Shown: in pieces, positions 48,969 to 58,968 of the stretch
Layout: each line of letters begins with the position of its first letter
Position numbering within the stretch: the stretch's first letter is position 1
From: a virus
Lineage: Duplodnaviria; Caudoviricetes
Virus record (IMG/VR): IMGVR_UViG_3300029288_000092
Location: 55,311-119,310 of that record
Length of the DNA: 64,000 nucleotides
Strand: one strand, 5' to 3'
The notes under the pieces: model-generated
The model's input: the letters and a program-made list of their open reading frames with translations, nothing else
Told to the model about the DNA's origin: nothing
Database searches by the model: none
Program-made: the position numbers and the translations under genes

Positions 48969-49005
48969 AATAAAATTTTGTTCTATCCAAAAAGAGGAGG
49001 GTATA

Positions 49006-49755
49006 TTGAATATCAAAGAAAATATGTATCTGGTGTATAATGATAAATACACAATGGAAACCGGAGTTGCTTTAGCTGGTCTTTTAAAATGTGAATGTGG
49101 TCCAGAATTTAAACCATGCGATATTTTAATCAGGTGGGGGAATTCATACGAAGAAGGAAATGGAAAATTATTTGATGTTAATTATAATAAGGGAATAAGG
49201 ATGTTATCCACAAATAGAAAAGGATTACCACTAGAAATTCCAAGAGTGAGTGTAAGAGAATTGAATCCTGATAAATTGTATATTGCACACCAAAAATATC
49301 ATATGAATGGTGTTGGGCATCTTGTATTTTTCGGATTTCAAAAGAATTTATTATCTGGATTGGAAATAAAATTTATAACAGAATATATTCCGAATAACAA
49401 AGAATACAGAATGATTGTTGATAGATATGGAAATTCAATGTTTCAAGAAAAAAGATGGACAAATAAATGGGATAATCCCGCAAGTCTTTTGATTAAAACA
49501 GGATTAAATGGTTGGAAATATGAGTTTGTTGATTTTAAAGATGAAAACATAATTCCAAAATTTTCAGAATATATAAAATCTTTAGATTTAACCGTTGCAT
49601 CTTTTGATATTGTGTATGCTTCAAATAATAATTCATATTGTGTTGAGGGAAATTCTTCCCCATGTTTAAGCAATGCCAAAGCAGTTAATTTTGTATATAA
49701 TGCAATAAAAAAATATATCAGGGAGAAATTAGATGCGGGTATACCCACTGCATGA
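49006..49755 (+). CDS. ATP-grasp (RimK/YheCD-like) peptide ligase
   Basis: LIRWGNS, EYIPNNKEYRMIV, ASFDIV, VEGNSSPCL; next to amidoligase. Confidence 0.75.
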   Translation: MNIKENMYLVYNDKYTMETGVALAGLLKCECGPEFKPCDILIRWGNSYEEGNGKLFDVNYNKGIRMLSTNRKGLPLEIPRVSVRELNPDKLYIAHQKYHMNGVGHLVFFGFQKNLLSGLEIKFITEYIPNNKEYRMIVDRYGNSMFQEKRWTNKWDNPASLLIKTGLNGWKYEFVDFKDENIIPKFSEYIKSLDLTVASFDIVYASNNNSYCVEGNSSPCLSNAKAVNFVYNAIKKYIREKLDAGIPTA

Positions 49756-50410
49756 TGAATTACTAAAAAAAAGATTAAGAAATTTTGACAGGAATCACAT
49801 GTTTGATTACATGCAACAGAAATATATATTGAAAAATGGAAAAAAAAGTTATTTTGAACTCCATAATTATCTTAGAGGTTTTGTTATTCCAGTGATTCCA
49901 GAAGGATCAATGTATAAAATTAAATCGTATTGGAATACATCAGAAAACGAAATATGCTCAAAACACATGATACCAAAAAAAATTGATACATTAATATGTT
50001 TGAGAAATAATAAGTTTGATGATTTTTTACGAATATATTTTTCATTTGAATCAGATGAATTATATGTTCAAATCTCCAATATGAAAATTTTAAAATACTT
50101 AAAAGAGACAATATTGTTTCTAACAAAAAATATTAAAAATTTTCATAATTGTTGTTTACCTCAATATAATGGTTTAATAAATTATCATATCTACAAAATA
50201 AAATTTGGTGGCACACAAACCAATGAACTACATAGAATTATTAATTTTTCAATTTCAGAATGTAGGGATTCAAATACCAAAAGATGTTCTATATGTAATG
50301 AGTTTCAGACAACGGATTATGAAGAATATAAACATGTAAAATATAAGTTGAAAAAGGTATTTCAAATGAAAGAAAGGGAGGGAATATTTTTTCAGGATGT
50401 ATTGGGCTGA
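49733..50410 (+). CDS. Hypothetical protein
   Basis: Overlaps upstream gene; C-terminal CSIC. Confidence 0.55.
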   Translation: MRVYPLHDELLKKRLRNFDRNHMFDYMQQKYILKNGKKSYFELHNYLRGFVIPVIPEGSMYKIKSYWNTSENEICSKHMIPKKIDTLICLRNNKFDDFLRIYFSFESDELYVQISNMKILKYLKETILFLTKNIKNFHNCCLPQYNGLINYHIYKIKFGGTQTNELHRIINFSISECRDSNTKRCSICNEFQTTDYEEYKHVKYKLKKVFQMKEREGIFFQDVLG

Positions 50411-50464
50411 TTGGTCGGGGGTGGGTGAATTTTGGGAGATTGTGAAATTTACTGCGGAGGTAAA

Positions 50465-50878
50465 ATGCGATTGAAGGTAGGTGTTGTATTTGTTGAACCA
50501 AAAACTTTGCTGTTCATATCTAACGGCAAAATAGTTGGTTCGGTTTCAATGCATGATTTTGCTAGAGGCTGTAGACAAATTAAGATTCTTTTCTGTAAGA
50601 ATATTAATTGTCTGAAAAATTACTACTATTTTAAATCTGCGTGTGGTACAACCATTGGGCTTCCAGACGAATTCGTCATCAATAGAATAGGGGGTATGTT
50701 TGATCCAGTTCTAGACAGAGTAGAAACAAAAGGAATTCAGTGTGATGGTTTGGATATTGAGATTGATAAAGTAAGTGTGGAAGTTCAATCTCATATTTAC
50801 GAAGAACATATAAAAGAAAAAGAAGAAGAAATTTCAACGGAAGGTGGTGAATTTTTAGATTCAGCAATACTATCATGA
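50465..50878 (+). CDS. Hypothetical protein (start revised to MRLKVG)
   Basis: SD GGAGGT before ATG 50465. Confidence 0.6.
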   Translation: MRLKVGVVFVEPKTLLFISNGKIVGSVSMHDFARGCRQIKILFCKNINCLKNYYYFKSACGTTIGLPDEFVINRIGGMFDPVLDRVETKGIQCDGLDIEIDKVSVEVQSHIYEEHIKEKEEEISTEGGEFLDSAILS

Positions 50879-50885
50879 ATTATCA

Positions 50886-51581
50886 ATGAATGGAGGAGAA
50901 ACAATGAGGAATGATTACAATTCATTTAAGGAAAAAGTAAACACAAACGCGAAAAGAAACAATTATATAGTTCTGGTGGATTCTCTTCCAGCCAGCACTC
51001 TTTCTTACTTCAAGAAGAGATTGAGAGAAGATTTATCAGCAACCGTCTTCAGTGATCTCATATTCACAACTTCAAAAAAAGCATTGAAATTGCAGATGGA
51101 TCGTGATGGTTCTTTAAAAAAAGAAAATGAGAAATTCACTCTTAAAGAAGTGAAAGAAAAGAAAAAAGAAGAATCATTGCCATCAGAAGAATCAGGAAAT
51201 GAAAAGCTGATTCGAAATAACAAATTGTTGAAAGAGGAGGTGATTGAAACAAGGCGACTTGTTGACAAACTCGAAAAAGAGAAATTGAGAATTTTACAAC
51301 GACTGGATGATGCAGTTGAGCTTGGACTAAAACTGAAATGTGAAAGAGATGTTCTTCAAAAAAGTTATACCAAAATTAATGAGGAGATAACATCTCTAAA
51401 ATCACAGATCGAAAATTCAGATGCTAAAATGTTGATACTTTCCGGTATAATGGGAAAATGTCAATCATGCGGTCTTGAATCGAGTGGGGAGTTGATAAAA
51501 GACATAATTGTCTTTAAGTGCAGGTGCGGGAGAAAAGAGTATAAGAATATCATAGACTCGGTTCTTAAATTAACATTTTAA
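50886..51581 (+). CDS. Coiled-coil protein with C-terminal Zn ribbon
   Basis: Heptad-rich region; CQSCG...CRCG. Confidence 0.65.
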   Translation: MNGGETMRNDYNSFKEKVNTNAKRNNYIVLVDSLPASTLSYFKKRLREDLSATVFSDLIFTTSKKALKLQMDRDGSLKKENEKFTLKEVKEKKKEESLPSEESGNEKLIRNNKLLKEEVIETRRLVDKLEKEKLRILQRLDDAVELGLKLKCERDVLQKSYTKINEEITSLKSQIENSDAKMLILSGIMGKCQSCGLESSGELIKDIIVFKCRCGRKEYKNIIDSVLKLTF

Positions 51582-51600
51582 GAACTGGATAGGGGGAAAG

Positions 51601-52203
51601 ATGTGTCAGTTATCTGGGAAGTATTTGATAGATAACGGAAAAAGAATTCATTTCAATATCTTTTTTAAAGATATTGAAAAAGAATCTGTTGTTTATTTAG
51701 AGCTAGACCCCAGATATATGACCAATTCCGCGTATCATGAGTATGTTAATCTATTCATTAACATTCTTAACAATTTGAAAAAGACGGTATATTTAAACAC
51801 AACTAACAAAACAAAAATATATAAGCCGTCAAATTCAAATGTAATAAAGAATGAGGGAACGGTGGCATTAGATTTAGGATCAAGAATAACTGGATTATAT
51901 TTTGCTATCAATGGAAAATCGGAAGCTATTGAAACGCGAAATATAATAAAGTATATTGATTCCTATAATAATGTCGTTTTTGGAAGATATTCTGGTGGAG
52001 ACACATTCATGAATTGTATTTATCTTTTGATATTGAATTATCTCAGTATCACAAAGAAAAAATATGATATTGTGAGTGAGGCTTATACCACCAATATTTC
52101 AAAACGATATAACAAATATGCCACCAAAAAACAGCATGATGAAATAGCCGCGTATTTAATTTACAAGCGCTGGCTATATAAACATCAGGAGAAAAAGATC
52201 TAG
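51601..52203 (+). CDS. YqgF/RuvX-like (RNase H fold) nuclease/resolvase with N-terminal extension
   Basis: VALDLGSRITG, VSEAYTT (cf. DERLTT), HDEIAAYLIYKRWL (cf. D..AA.IIL..YL). Confidence 0.65.
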   Translation: MCQLSGKYLIDNGKRIHFNIFFKDIEKESVVYLELDPRYMTNSAYHEYVNLFINILNNLKKTVYLNTTNKTKIYKPSNSNVIKNEGTVALDLGSRITGLYFAINGKSEAIETRNIIKYIDSYNNVVFGRYSGGDTFMNCIYLLILNYLSITKKKYDIVSEAYTTNISKRYNKYATKKQHDEIAAYLIYKRWLYKHQEKKI

Positions 52204-52224
52204 GTTATCCTAGATCTTTTTTTT
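52186..52224 (+). terminator. Intrinsic terminator, copy of 43371-43409
   Basis: CAGGAGAAAAAGATCTAGG-TTAT-CCTAGATCTTTTTTTT. Confidence 0.85.
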
Positions 52225-52280
52225 CTCAAAAAAATAACAATTGCATTTCAAAAGAACAAAATATAAACGGAGGTGTATGG

Positions 52281-52769
52281 ATGTTTACAAAAGAAAAGAG
52301 CGGAAGATATGTTATTAAAGATATTAGAAAAATGATATCTATTCTTGATGAAGAAATGAATAAAGAAAAAACTATAAAGGTTGATTATACGCCAGATTCT
52401 TTTTTTAAATATAAAAAAGGAAATTCAGTAATTACACTTGGGTGCACTGATATTATGGGTAATCAGATTATAGATCCAGATGTTGCAACAGAAGAAATTA
52501 TTTCAAAAGCAATTTTACACAGAATAACAAATTTATCTTCGTTCAAAGAAGCTGATCATATTTGGATTCATAGTGTCGATTTAATTCCATTTAAGGTTGA
52601 GGATGAAACTAAACATAGATTGGAAGTATTCGGATTTATAAAACTTGAAAATGATTATTTTGAAAAACATATGTTGGATGAAAAACATCTTGAAGAAGAA
52701 TATAGCAATGAGAAAGATAAAATGGTTAAAAAACTTGAGGAGGTTCTGAATGCTAAACGAAATGGATAG
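52281..52769 (+). CDS. Hypothetical protein
   Basis: SD GGAGGTG; GAACA motif at 52254. Confidence 0.7.
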   Translation: MFTKEKSGRYVIKDIRKMISILDEEMNKEKTIKVDYTPDSFFKYKKGNSVITLGCTDIMGNQIIDPDVATEEIISKAILHRITNLSSFKEADHIWIHSVDLIPFKVEDETKHRLEVFGFIKLENDYFEKHMLDEKHLEEEYSNEKDKMVKKLEEVLNAKRNG

Positions 52770-53409
52770 TCTTCTAAATCTTAAGAAATTTAAAGGAAGA
52801 AAATTATCTTTTTTTGATGAACAAATTCAGAAATTAATTAAGTGTATTAGAAATTCTGATACTGAGTTTGATGCTAGAGAAGAATGGAAAGAATTCAAGA
52901 AAATGTATATCAGCAATATTAGCAAAAGAAATCCATTTTTCTTGTTGAATTTAAATCATTTTATTGCTGATCTTAGTCTATTATTGGAAATGAAAAGGAA
53001 ATATTTTTTCAGTGAAGATGAAAAAATTTCAGACAACATAGAAGAAACAGCAGATACATATATTATCAAAATGTTTTTTATTTTAAATGAGTTAGTTGAA
53101 AAATGTTTTATTAAAAACGAAATTGATGAAGGACAATTAATAAACGTTTTGGCATCATATAATTCTCTTGCTGTTAAATATCTCCAGGATGCTGAAACAC
53201 AGATGGGAAAAGATGTAATGAAACCATATATATTTTATTCTATTATTCAAGTGTCATTCACTGATTGGTATTCCACATATTGTGAAAGTCCACTTAAATG
53301 TATTGAAAAATATATTCCAAAAGAAGAAGAACCAAAAGAAACAGAAGAAACTAAAAATGAAGATATTTCTGAGAGTAAAGAAGAAAATAAAGAGGGAGTA
53401 ATTGAATGA
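52750..53409 (+). CDS. Hypothetical protein
   Basis: SD GAGGAGG; coupled to clamp loader. Confidence 0.7.
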   Translation: MLNEMDSLLNLKKFKGRKLSFFDEQIQKLIKCIRNSDTEFDAREEWKEFKKMYISNISKRNPFFLLNLNHFIADLSLLLEMKRKYFFSEDEKISDNIEETADTYIIKMFFILNELVEKCFIKNEIDEGQLINVLASYNSLAVKYLQDAETQMGKDVMKPYIFYSIIQVSFTDWYSTYCESPLKCIEKYIPKEEEPKETEETKNEDISESKEENKEGVIE

Positions 53410-54365
53410 GCAATTTTTTTGAAACTAATTTATGGGTCGAAAAATATAGGGTAAATGCCGTCGATAAATTAGTTTTAGATGAGCGTACTAAAAATATGGC
53501 TCTGCAATGTTTGAATAATAAAATGATTCCAAATTTATTATTTTATGGTCCCCCAGGAACAGGAAAAACTTGTCTTGCTAGAATTTTATTAGACAATATT
53601 TTAGAAGAAAAAGATAATGCAATGATAATTAATGGTTCAGCAAATAGGGGAATCTCTTTGATGAGAGAAGAGATTCCTAATTTTTTATCTAGCCCTCCAT
53701 TTGGATTAGATAAAATAAAAATAATTTTTATAGATGAGTCAGATAATCTTACACTGGATGCACAAAAATCATTTAGACATTTAATAGAACACTATACAAA
53801 CGTGGGAAGATATATTTTAACAACAAACACTGTCACTAATTTTCATGATGCAATTATTTCTAGATTTCAGATGTTTGAATTTAAACCATTGATGGACGAT
53901 TTAATTGTTTCTTTATGTTTTGACATATTAAAATCTGAAAAGATTGAATATCAAGATACAGAAGTTATTAGGGTTATTAAATTATTCATGCCAGATATTA
54001 GAAAAATATTAAATACACTTCAGTCATACACCAGTGATTCTAAGCTTAAATTACCATCTATTGGAGATTTAATTCCAATTGAAACTACAATATATAGTTT
54101 GACATCCGATATTTTCAAAACATATATGGAAAAAGATCCCAGATGTCAACAGTCAATTAATAAACTCCAGGAACTATTAATGAGAAAAGATATTAATTAC
54201 GTTAATATTTATGAAAATATATTTTATAATAACAAAATATACCCGGTATGTAAAGTCCTATCAAATAAATATTGCAATAATTTAAATATGGTTTCTTCTC
54301 AGGCTATGCATTATATGGCTTTTATTTATGAATCAATAGAAGCATTGAAGGATTTAAAAACATGA
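53406..54365 (+). CDS. Clamp loader AAA+ subunit (RFC small/T4 gp44-like)
   Basis: LWVEKYR, NLLFYGPPGTGKT, FIDESD, SRF, PDIRKILN. Confidence 0.93.
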   Translation: MSNFFETNLWVEKYRVNAVDKLVLDERTKNMALQCLNNKMIPNLLFYGPPGTGKTCLARILLDNILEEKDNAMIINGSANRGISLMREEIPNFLSSPPFGLDKIKIIFIDESDNLTLDAQKSFRHLIEHYTNVGRYILTTNTVTNFHDAIISRFQMFEFKPLMDDLIVSLCFDILKSEKIEYQDTEVIRVIKLFMPDIRKILNTLQSYTSDSKLKLPSIGDLIPIETTIYSLTSDIFKTYMEKDPRCQQSINKLQELLMRKDINYVNIYENIFYNNKIYPVCKVLSNKYCNNLNMVSSQAMHYMAFIYESIEALKDLKT

Positions 54366-55327
54366 TATACACTAAGGAAGTTCTGGATATATTTAATAAC
54401 AATTTAAATATTGTTCAGGATAAACAAAATCATTTTATAGCTAGGTGTTTTTATTGTGGAGATTCTAAGAAGCACAAATCAAAAGCGCATTTATATGTTT
54501 CAAAAGTTAAACCAGTTTTTAGGTGTGTTAGATGTGAAGAAAGTGGGAGAATAGAAAAATTAATATTTGATATAACAGGGGTTAGAAAAAGATTAACCAG
54601 CATAATTAATAAAGAAAATCTAAAAGATTTAAATTCAAATGTTGATGAAACATATATACACAGAAATTTTAAAAAAGAATTATTGATTCCAAAACAGAAT
54701 CCAGAAATGTTTGATATCAAATTTAAATATCTGCAAGACAGATTTGCATCTAATAAAATTTTTGATATGTTGAATGAAAACATAATATATGATATTAAAG
54801 AATTTGCATTGGCGAATAATATTAAGATAAATAAAAGAAAGTTATTTAACTATTTTCAAGATAAATTTGTTGGGTTTTTGACATATAATAAAAGTTTAAT
54901 GATATTGAGGAATACAGATACTAGCTCGGATTTTAGATATTATATATGGAAATTTGGTGATATAATGAATGATTTTTTTATGATAGATAATTTAAAAGAG
55001 GAAAAAGATAATATTAATCTGGTTATATCCGAGGGTGTATTTGATATTCTTAATTGTTATCATCACGAGGATAAATTTGATTTATATACTATGGCATCGG
55101 GAAAATTATTCAGTAGAGCTATTAAATTTACAATGATTGAGAAGTGCATTGCACATTTTAACAAGATAATAATTTTATCAGATGACGATGTTCATCTGAA
55201 TTTTTACAAACAGAATTTGCTTAAATTTAAAAATGTGAGTAATGTTATGCAAATTTGGTACAACAAAAATGGAAAAGATTTTGGACAAAAAAATAAGGTT
55301 GACAAAGTTATATTAAATTTGAAATGA
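54362..55327 (+). CDS. DNA primase (T4 gp61-like)
   Basis: RCFYCGDSKK...FRCVRC zinc finger; TOPRIM SEGVFD, SDDD, KDFG. Confidence 0.85.
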   Translation: MIYTKEVLDIFNNNLNIVQDKQNHFIARCFYCGDSKKHKSKAHLYVSKVKPVFRCVRCEESGRIEKLIFDITGVRKRLTSIINKENLKDLNSNVDETYIHRNFKKELLIPKQNPEMFDIKFKYLQDRFASNKIFDMLNENIIYDIKEFALANNIKINKRKLFNYFQDKFVGFLTYNKSLMILRNTDTSSDFRYYIWKFGDIMNDFFMIDNLKEEKDNINLVISEGVFDILNCYHHEDKFDLYTMASGKLFSRAIKFTMIEKCIAHFNKIIILSDDDVHLNFYKQNLLKFKNVSNVMQIWYNKNGKDFGQKNKVDKVILNLK

Positions 55328-55340
55328 AAATGGAGTTTAT

Positions 55341-55784
55341 ATGAAATTGGAAACTGTAACATTTTTTTCTTTGGATGAGGAATTATCCAAAAAGCTAAAT
55401 GTATTTTTTACTTCTAGGCTGTATAAGAAAAATGAATTATACTTGAAAAAATTTAAGGATACTTTGGAATTAAAAGAATTCTTAGACAAAACATGTCTAG
55501 AAGGAAACATGGTTTATTTCTTTAATATTGGTAAAAAGTTATATGTAATCTTAAACGATATCACCACCTTCAAAGTATTATCAACTCTAGTATCTATATG
55601 TGGGTATCATAAAATAAATTTAAAGTATTTTAATTCTTGGGAAAATCTGGTTATAATGGAAGTTACCAATTCTGACAGAGAACTTGTTTTTTATAAAGAT
55701 TTTTCTGTTAATATTTATTCATCTGATTTTATGAATAAATTATTTTTTTATGTCATTCCTAAAAAGAAGAGGAGAAGGAAATGA
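55341..55784 (+). CDS. Hypothetical protein (replication operon)
   Basis: Operon context. Confidence 0.6.
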   Translation: MKLETVTFFSLDEELSKKLNVFFTSRLYKKNELYLKKFKDTLELKEFLDKTCLEGNMVYFFNIGKKLYVILNDITTFKVLSTLVSICGYHKINLKYFNSWENLVIMEVTNSDRELVFYKDFSVNIYSSDFMNKLFFYVIPKKKRRRK

Positions 55785-56527
55785 AAGTAAATCTATCCAA
55801 TTATAGGGTTTTTTTAAGTTATATTGACTCTATAACAAATTTATTTACGGACATAGATATTAGAAATAATGAACTGTCCCAACTATCTAGTGATAAATCA
55901 ACGATAGTATACGGAAATCTTTCAAGTGTTTTTCCGGAACCGTTGGATTTAAGATTAGTTTCAATTAAGAGTAAATTGCCGCTATTAAAAATGTTTGAAA
56001 AATCTTTTAATGGTGATGATTCAATTTCAGTATCTTGCGCTGATAATAATGTTAAAATTAGTGATACCAGTAGTGAAATAACTCTAAGACAAGCATCTCC
56101 TGAATTTATTAATAATCAATATTTGAGTATTGATGAGATTAAAAGAAAATTAATAATTGAAGAAGATAAAGATGAAATTTTGAGTTTTAGTCTTAGTTCG
56201 ACAATTTTGGATAGAATAAATACTATATCTCATAATTTTAATTCTATGAATTTAGATTTTAATATTGAAAATAAAAAATGCGGAATTCATCTTGTATCCA
56301 GTGAAAAAACAGATCGAGCCACAATTATAAATGATTTGGATTGCGTCACTGATAAAAAATTACAGATAACATTTAGTGTTATCCCATTTCAAACAAAATT
56401 TGATGGCATCATTGATACTAAGTTATATTACAAAGAAATAGAGGGAAAAAGGATTTCTATTATGAAATTAAATACGAACTTAAAAGGTATAGACACATCC
56501 GTGTATATCAAGGGGACTATAATTTAG
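55781..56527 (+). CDS. Probable sliding clamp (gp45/PCNA-like)
   Basis: 248 aa, two-domain alpha/beta pattern, next to clamp loader and primase. Confidence 0.55.
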   Translation: MKVNLSNYRVFLSYIDSITNLFTDIDIRNNELSQLSSDKSTIVYGNLSSVFPEPLDLRLVSIKSKLPLLKMFEKSFNGDDSISVSCADNNVKISDTSSEITLRQASPEFINNQYLSIDEIKRKLIIEEDKDEILSFSLSSTILDRINTISHNFNSMNLDFNIENKKCGIHLVSSEKTDRATIINDLDCVTDKKLQITFSVIPFQTKFDGIIDTKLYYKEIEGKRISIMKLNTNLKGIDTSVYIKGTII

Positions 56528-56528
56528 A

Positions 56529-57725
56529 ATGAGATATAATTTTTTTAATTATTATCTTAAATATAATATTACAGAAAATTTTATTAAAGAATACGAAAAA
56601 TATTATGATACCAATGTGCATTCTGTGTATATTTTTTTAGATTTACAGAATTGTTTAAAGGCACAATTTTATGATGACGTTATTTTAAATATGTATCAGC
56701 TAGCAAAATATAAAGAAAAATCAATGCCTGTAGTATATGATGTGTTGATGTTCATTTCGAGAACTAGAGAATGGTTTGATAGTAAAAATATCAAATCATT
56801 CTTTATTTTTTATTGGGATGAGGGTGCTTCACTTTATCATAGGCATATTGATAAAACATATAAAGAAAATAGACTCATTACTAAAAGCAACCTTCCCATC
56901 GTTAAATTTGAAAGTGGAAAGTCTGTTTTAAAATTTCAAAAAAGACTTTTAAATGAAATTGCTGGAAATTTAAAGAATGTGAAAACTATTTTATCAAAAG
57001 ATATTGATTCTGATTTTGTGCCATATTTTGTGCTCAAGGAAAATCCAAATTTATTAGAAGATAAAGGAATTATGAATCTTTTATTTACAACGGATCACGA
57101 TATGTATCAGGCAACGAAATTAGGAACAAATGTTTTTCAATATTTTAAAACAAATAAGGATTCTATTTTTTTGTCTTCAAAAATGATATTGAGTGCATTG
57201 CTTGATAAACCAATATCTGATATATCTCAAAATAATTGGTTTAATGATATATTTACTCTTGGTGGATGTAGAGGTGACAACATATCCAGTGTTTGGAAAA
57301 GATGTGGATGGAAAACAATTTATGATATGTTTTTAAAATTAAAAGACGTTGGTATTGATTTTGAAGAACATAGAAAAAAAGTAATGTGTGGTGAACAAAC
57401 CCAAATAGAAGTAAAAAATATAAAAAATATTAGTGTGATTAAAAAAATATCAGAGTTTAATGATATTGATAGTGGATTACAAACTAGATGGAAAAATAAT
57501 ATATTTTTAATGGATTTTGAAATAATGTATAAATATTTCAAAAACGATATAAAAAATAGCAATATTAATTTGACATGGGAATTTAAAAAAGGGATAATAG
57601 AAAAAACTAAAGATGCTATAAATTTCAATAATAAATTAAAATATGATGAATTATTAGAAATAATGGATAATTATCATGACAATGAGAAATTGGAAAATAT
57701 ATGTACAAATCTCTGTGAGGTGTAA
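56529..57725 (+). CDS. 5'-3' exonuclease / T4 RNase H (FEN-like)
   Basis: FLDLQN, WDEG...YKENR, DIDSDF, TTDHDMYQ, GGCRGDNI. Confidence 0.8.
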   Translation: MRYNFFNYYLKYNITENFIKEYEKYYDTNVHSVYIFLDLQNCLKAQFYDDVILNMYQLAKYKEKSMPVVYDVLMFISRTREWFDSKNIKSFFIFYWDEGASLYHRHIDKTYKENRLITKSNLPIVKFESGKSVLKFQKRLLNEIAGNLKNVKTILSKDIDSDFVPYFVLKENPNLLEDKGIMNLLFTTDHDMYQATKLGTNVFQYFKTNKDSIFLSSKMILSALLDKPISDISQNNWFNDIFTLGGCRGDNISSVWKRCGWKTIYDMFLKLKDVGIDFEEHRKKVMCGEQTQIEVKNIKNISVIKKISEFNDIDSGLQTRWKNNIFLMDFEIMYKYFKNDIKNSNINLTWEFKKGIIEKTKDAINFNNKLKYDELLEIMDNYHDNEKLENICTNLCEV

Positions 57726-57730
57726 AAGTT

Positions 57731-58429
57731 ATGTTATCAAAACAAAAGACATTGCGTTATATAAAAAATACTCTTGCGCTTCCATTTAATAAAATCGAAT
57801 TGACAGATGATAAAATTTGGGAGTATCTAATTGATTTTACTATACCGGAATTTAGTTCATATTGGCCGGATAAAAGAATAATTGGATATAATTTCACCGA
57901 TCTTACAAATCACGCAATGGTTCCGTATAATTATTATTTTAGAGATCCAGAGGGAAATTCAGTTCTTTCTGTTCTTGAAATAATACCATCTCACGATGTG
58001 GTTGTTCAAAAACATCCATATATTGGGATTTTAAATTTTGAGCAATCTGTTCCATATGTTGAAAGTATCGAGGAAGCCGGATTGATGTATAGATTTGGGT
58101 ATTACACTTTTTCTTTTGAATTTATACATCCAAATATTATTCGTGTTTCTGGAGCAATTCCTACAACTAGTGCAATAATATATGAACGTGTTCACCCATC
58201 TGATCTTTATACCATTGATGGACATATGGAAAAATATTTCTTAAAATTTTGTTTAGCGGATATAAAAATACTGCTTGGAAATATTAGAACCAAGTTCCAG
58301 AACTTGACAACGCCATATGGTGAGATACCAATTAATGCTGGTATAAAGGATGAGGGTATGACAGAAAAAAGAGAGGTTATCGAAATATTGGATACTAAAG
58401 TTCCTAACCTTACGATTGTTTACGGATAA
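57731..58429 (+). CDS. Neck/head-completion protein, T4 gp13-like
   Basis: YIKNTLALP..KIELTD, LADIKILLGNIRTKF, GEIPINA. Confidence 0.7.
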   Translation: MLSKQKTLRYIKNTLALPFNKIELTDDKIWEYLIDFTIPEFSSYWPDKRIIGYNFTDLTNHAMVPYNYYFRDPEGNSVLSVLEIIPSHDVVVQKHPYIGILNFEQSVPYVESIEEAGLMYRFGYYTFSFEFIHPNIIRVSGAIPTTSAIIYERVHPSDLYTIDGHMEKYFLKFCLADIKILLGNIRTKFQNLTTPYGEIPINAGIKDEGMTEKREVIEILDTKVPNLTIVYG

Positions 58430-58433
58430 TTAG

Positions 58434-58958
58434 ATGAATATATTACCACTTATATTTAGAAAAATACAACCATTTAAAATGCGTCCCAGATATATTGTGT
58501 TGCATGGGACTCAATGTTTATCTAGAGATGATCAAGCGCTGAGAATAGATCAAAGAAATAAGTTTCAGATATCATTTCTTAAAAGGGATGCAATAACTAT
58601 TAAAGGATTGAATGATGTTCCATATCATTATGTTTTAGAAAATATGGGTGGAGATTATTATCCGATTATGATGCATCCTCTCAGCAGTCCAGTTGAATAT
58701 TATTCGTCAATGAAATTTAATAATAAATCAATACATATTTGCATGTTTGGTAATTATAATGTGGATATGGCTAGACCTAGATTATATGAGGTTTTAACAT
58801 ATAGAGTTCTTGCTCCTTTAATGTTTTGGTTTAGAATTCCACAGTCTAATATATTTTTACATTCTGAGCTTGATAAAGAATTCAAAGATTGTCCGGGTGA
58901 AATGTTTTATAAAGATATTTTACTTGGTAAATTAAATAAACATCTTTTGAGAAAATAA
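58434..58958 (+). CDS. N-acetylmuramoyl-L-alanine amidase (Amidase_2-like)
   Basis: YIVLHGT, PYHYVL, NNKSIHICMFGNY, FLHSEL...CPG. Confidence 0.85.
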   Translation: MNILPLIFRKIQPFKMRPRYIVLHGTQCLSRDDQALRIDQRNKFQISFLKRDAITIKGLNDVPYHYVLENMGGDYYPIMMHPLSSPVEYYSSMKFNNKSIHICMFGNYNVDMARPRLYEVLTYRVLAPLMFWFRIPQSNIFLHSELDKEFKDCPGEMFYKDILLGKLNKHLLRK

Positions 58959-58968
58959 TTTTGGAGGA

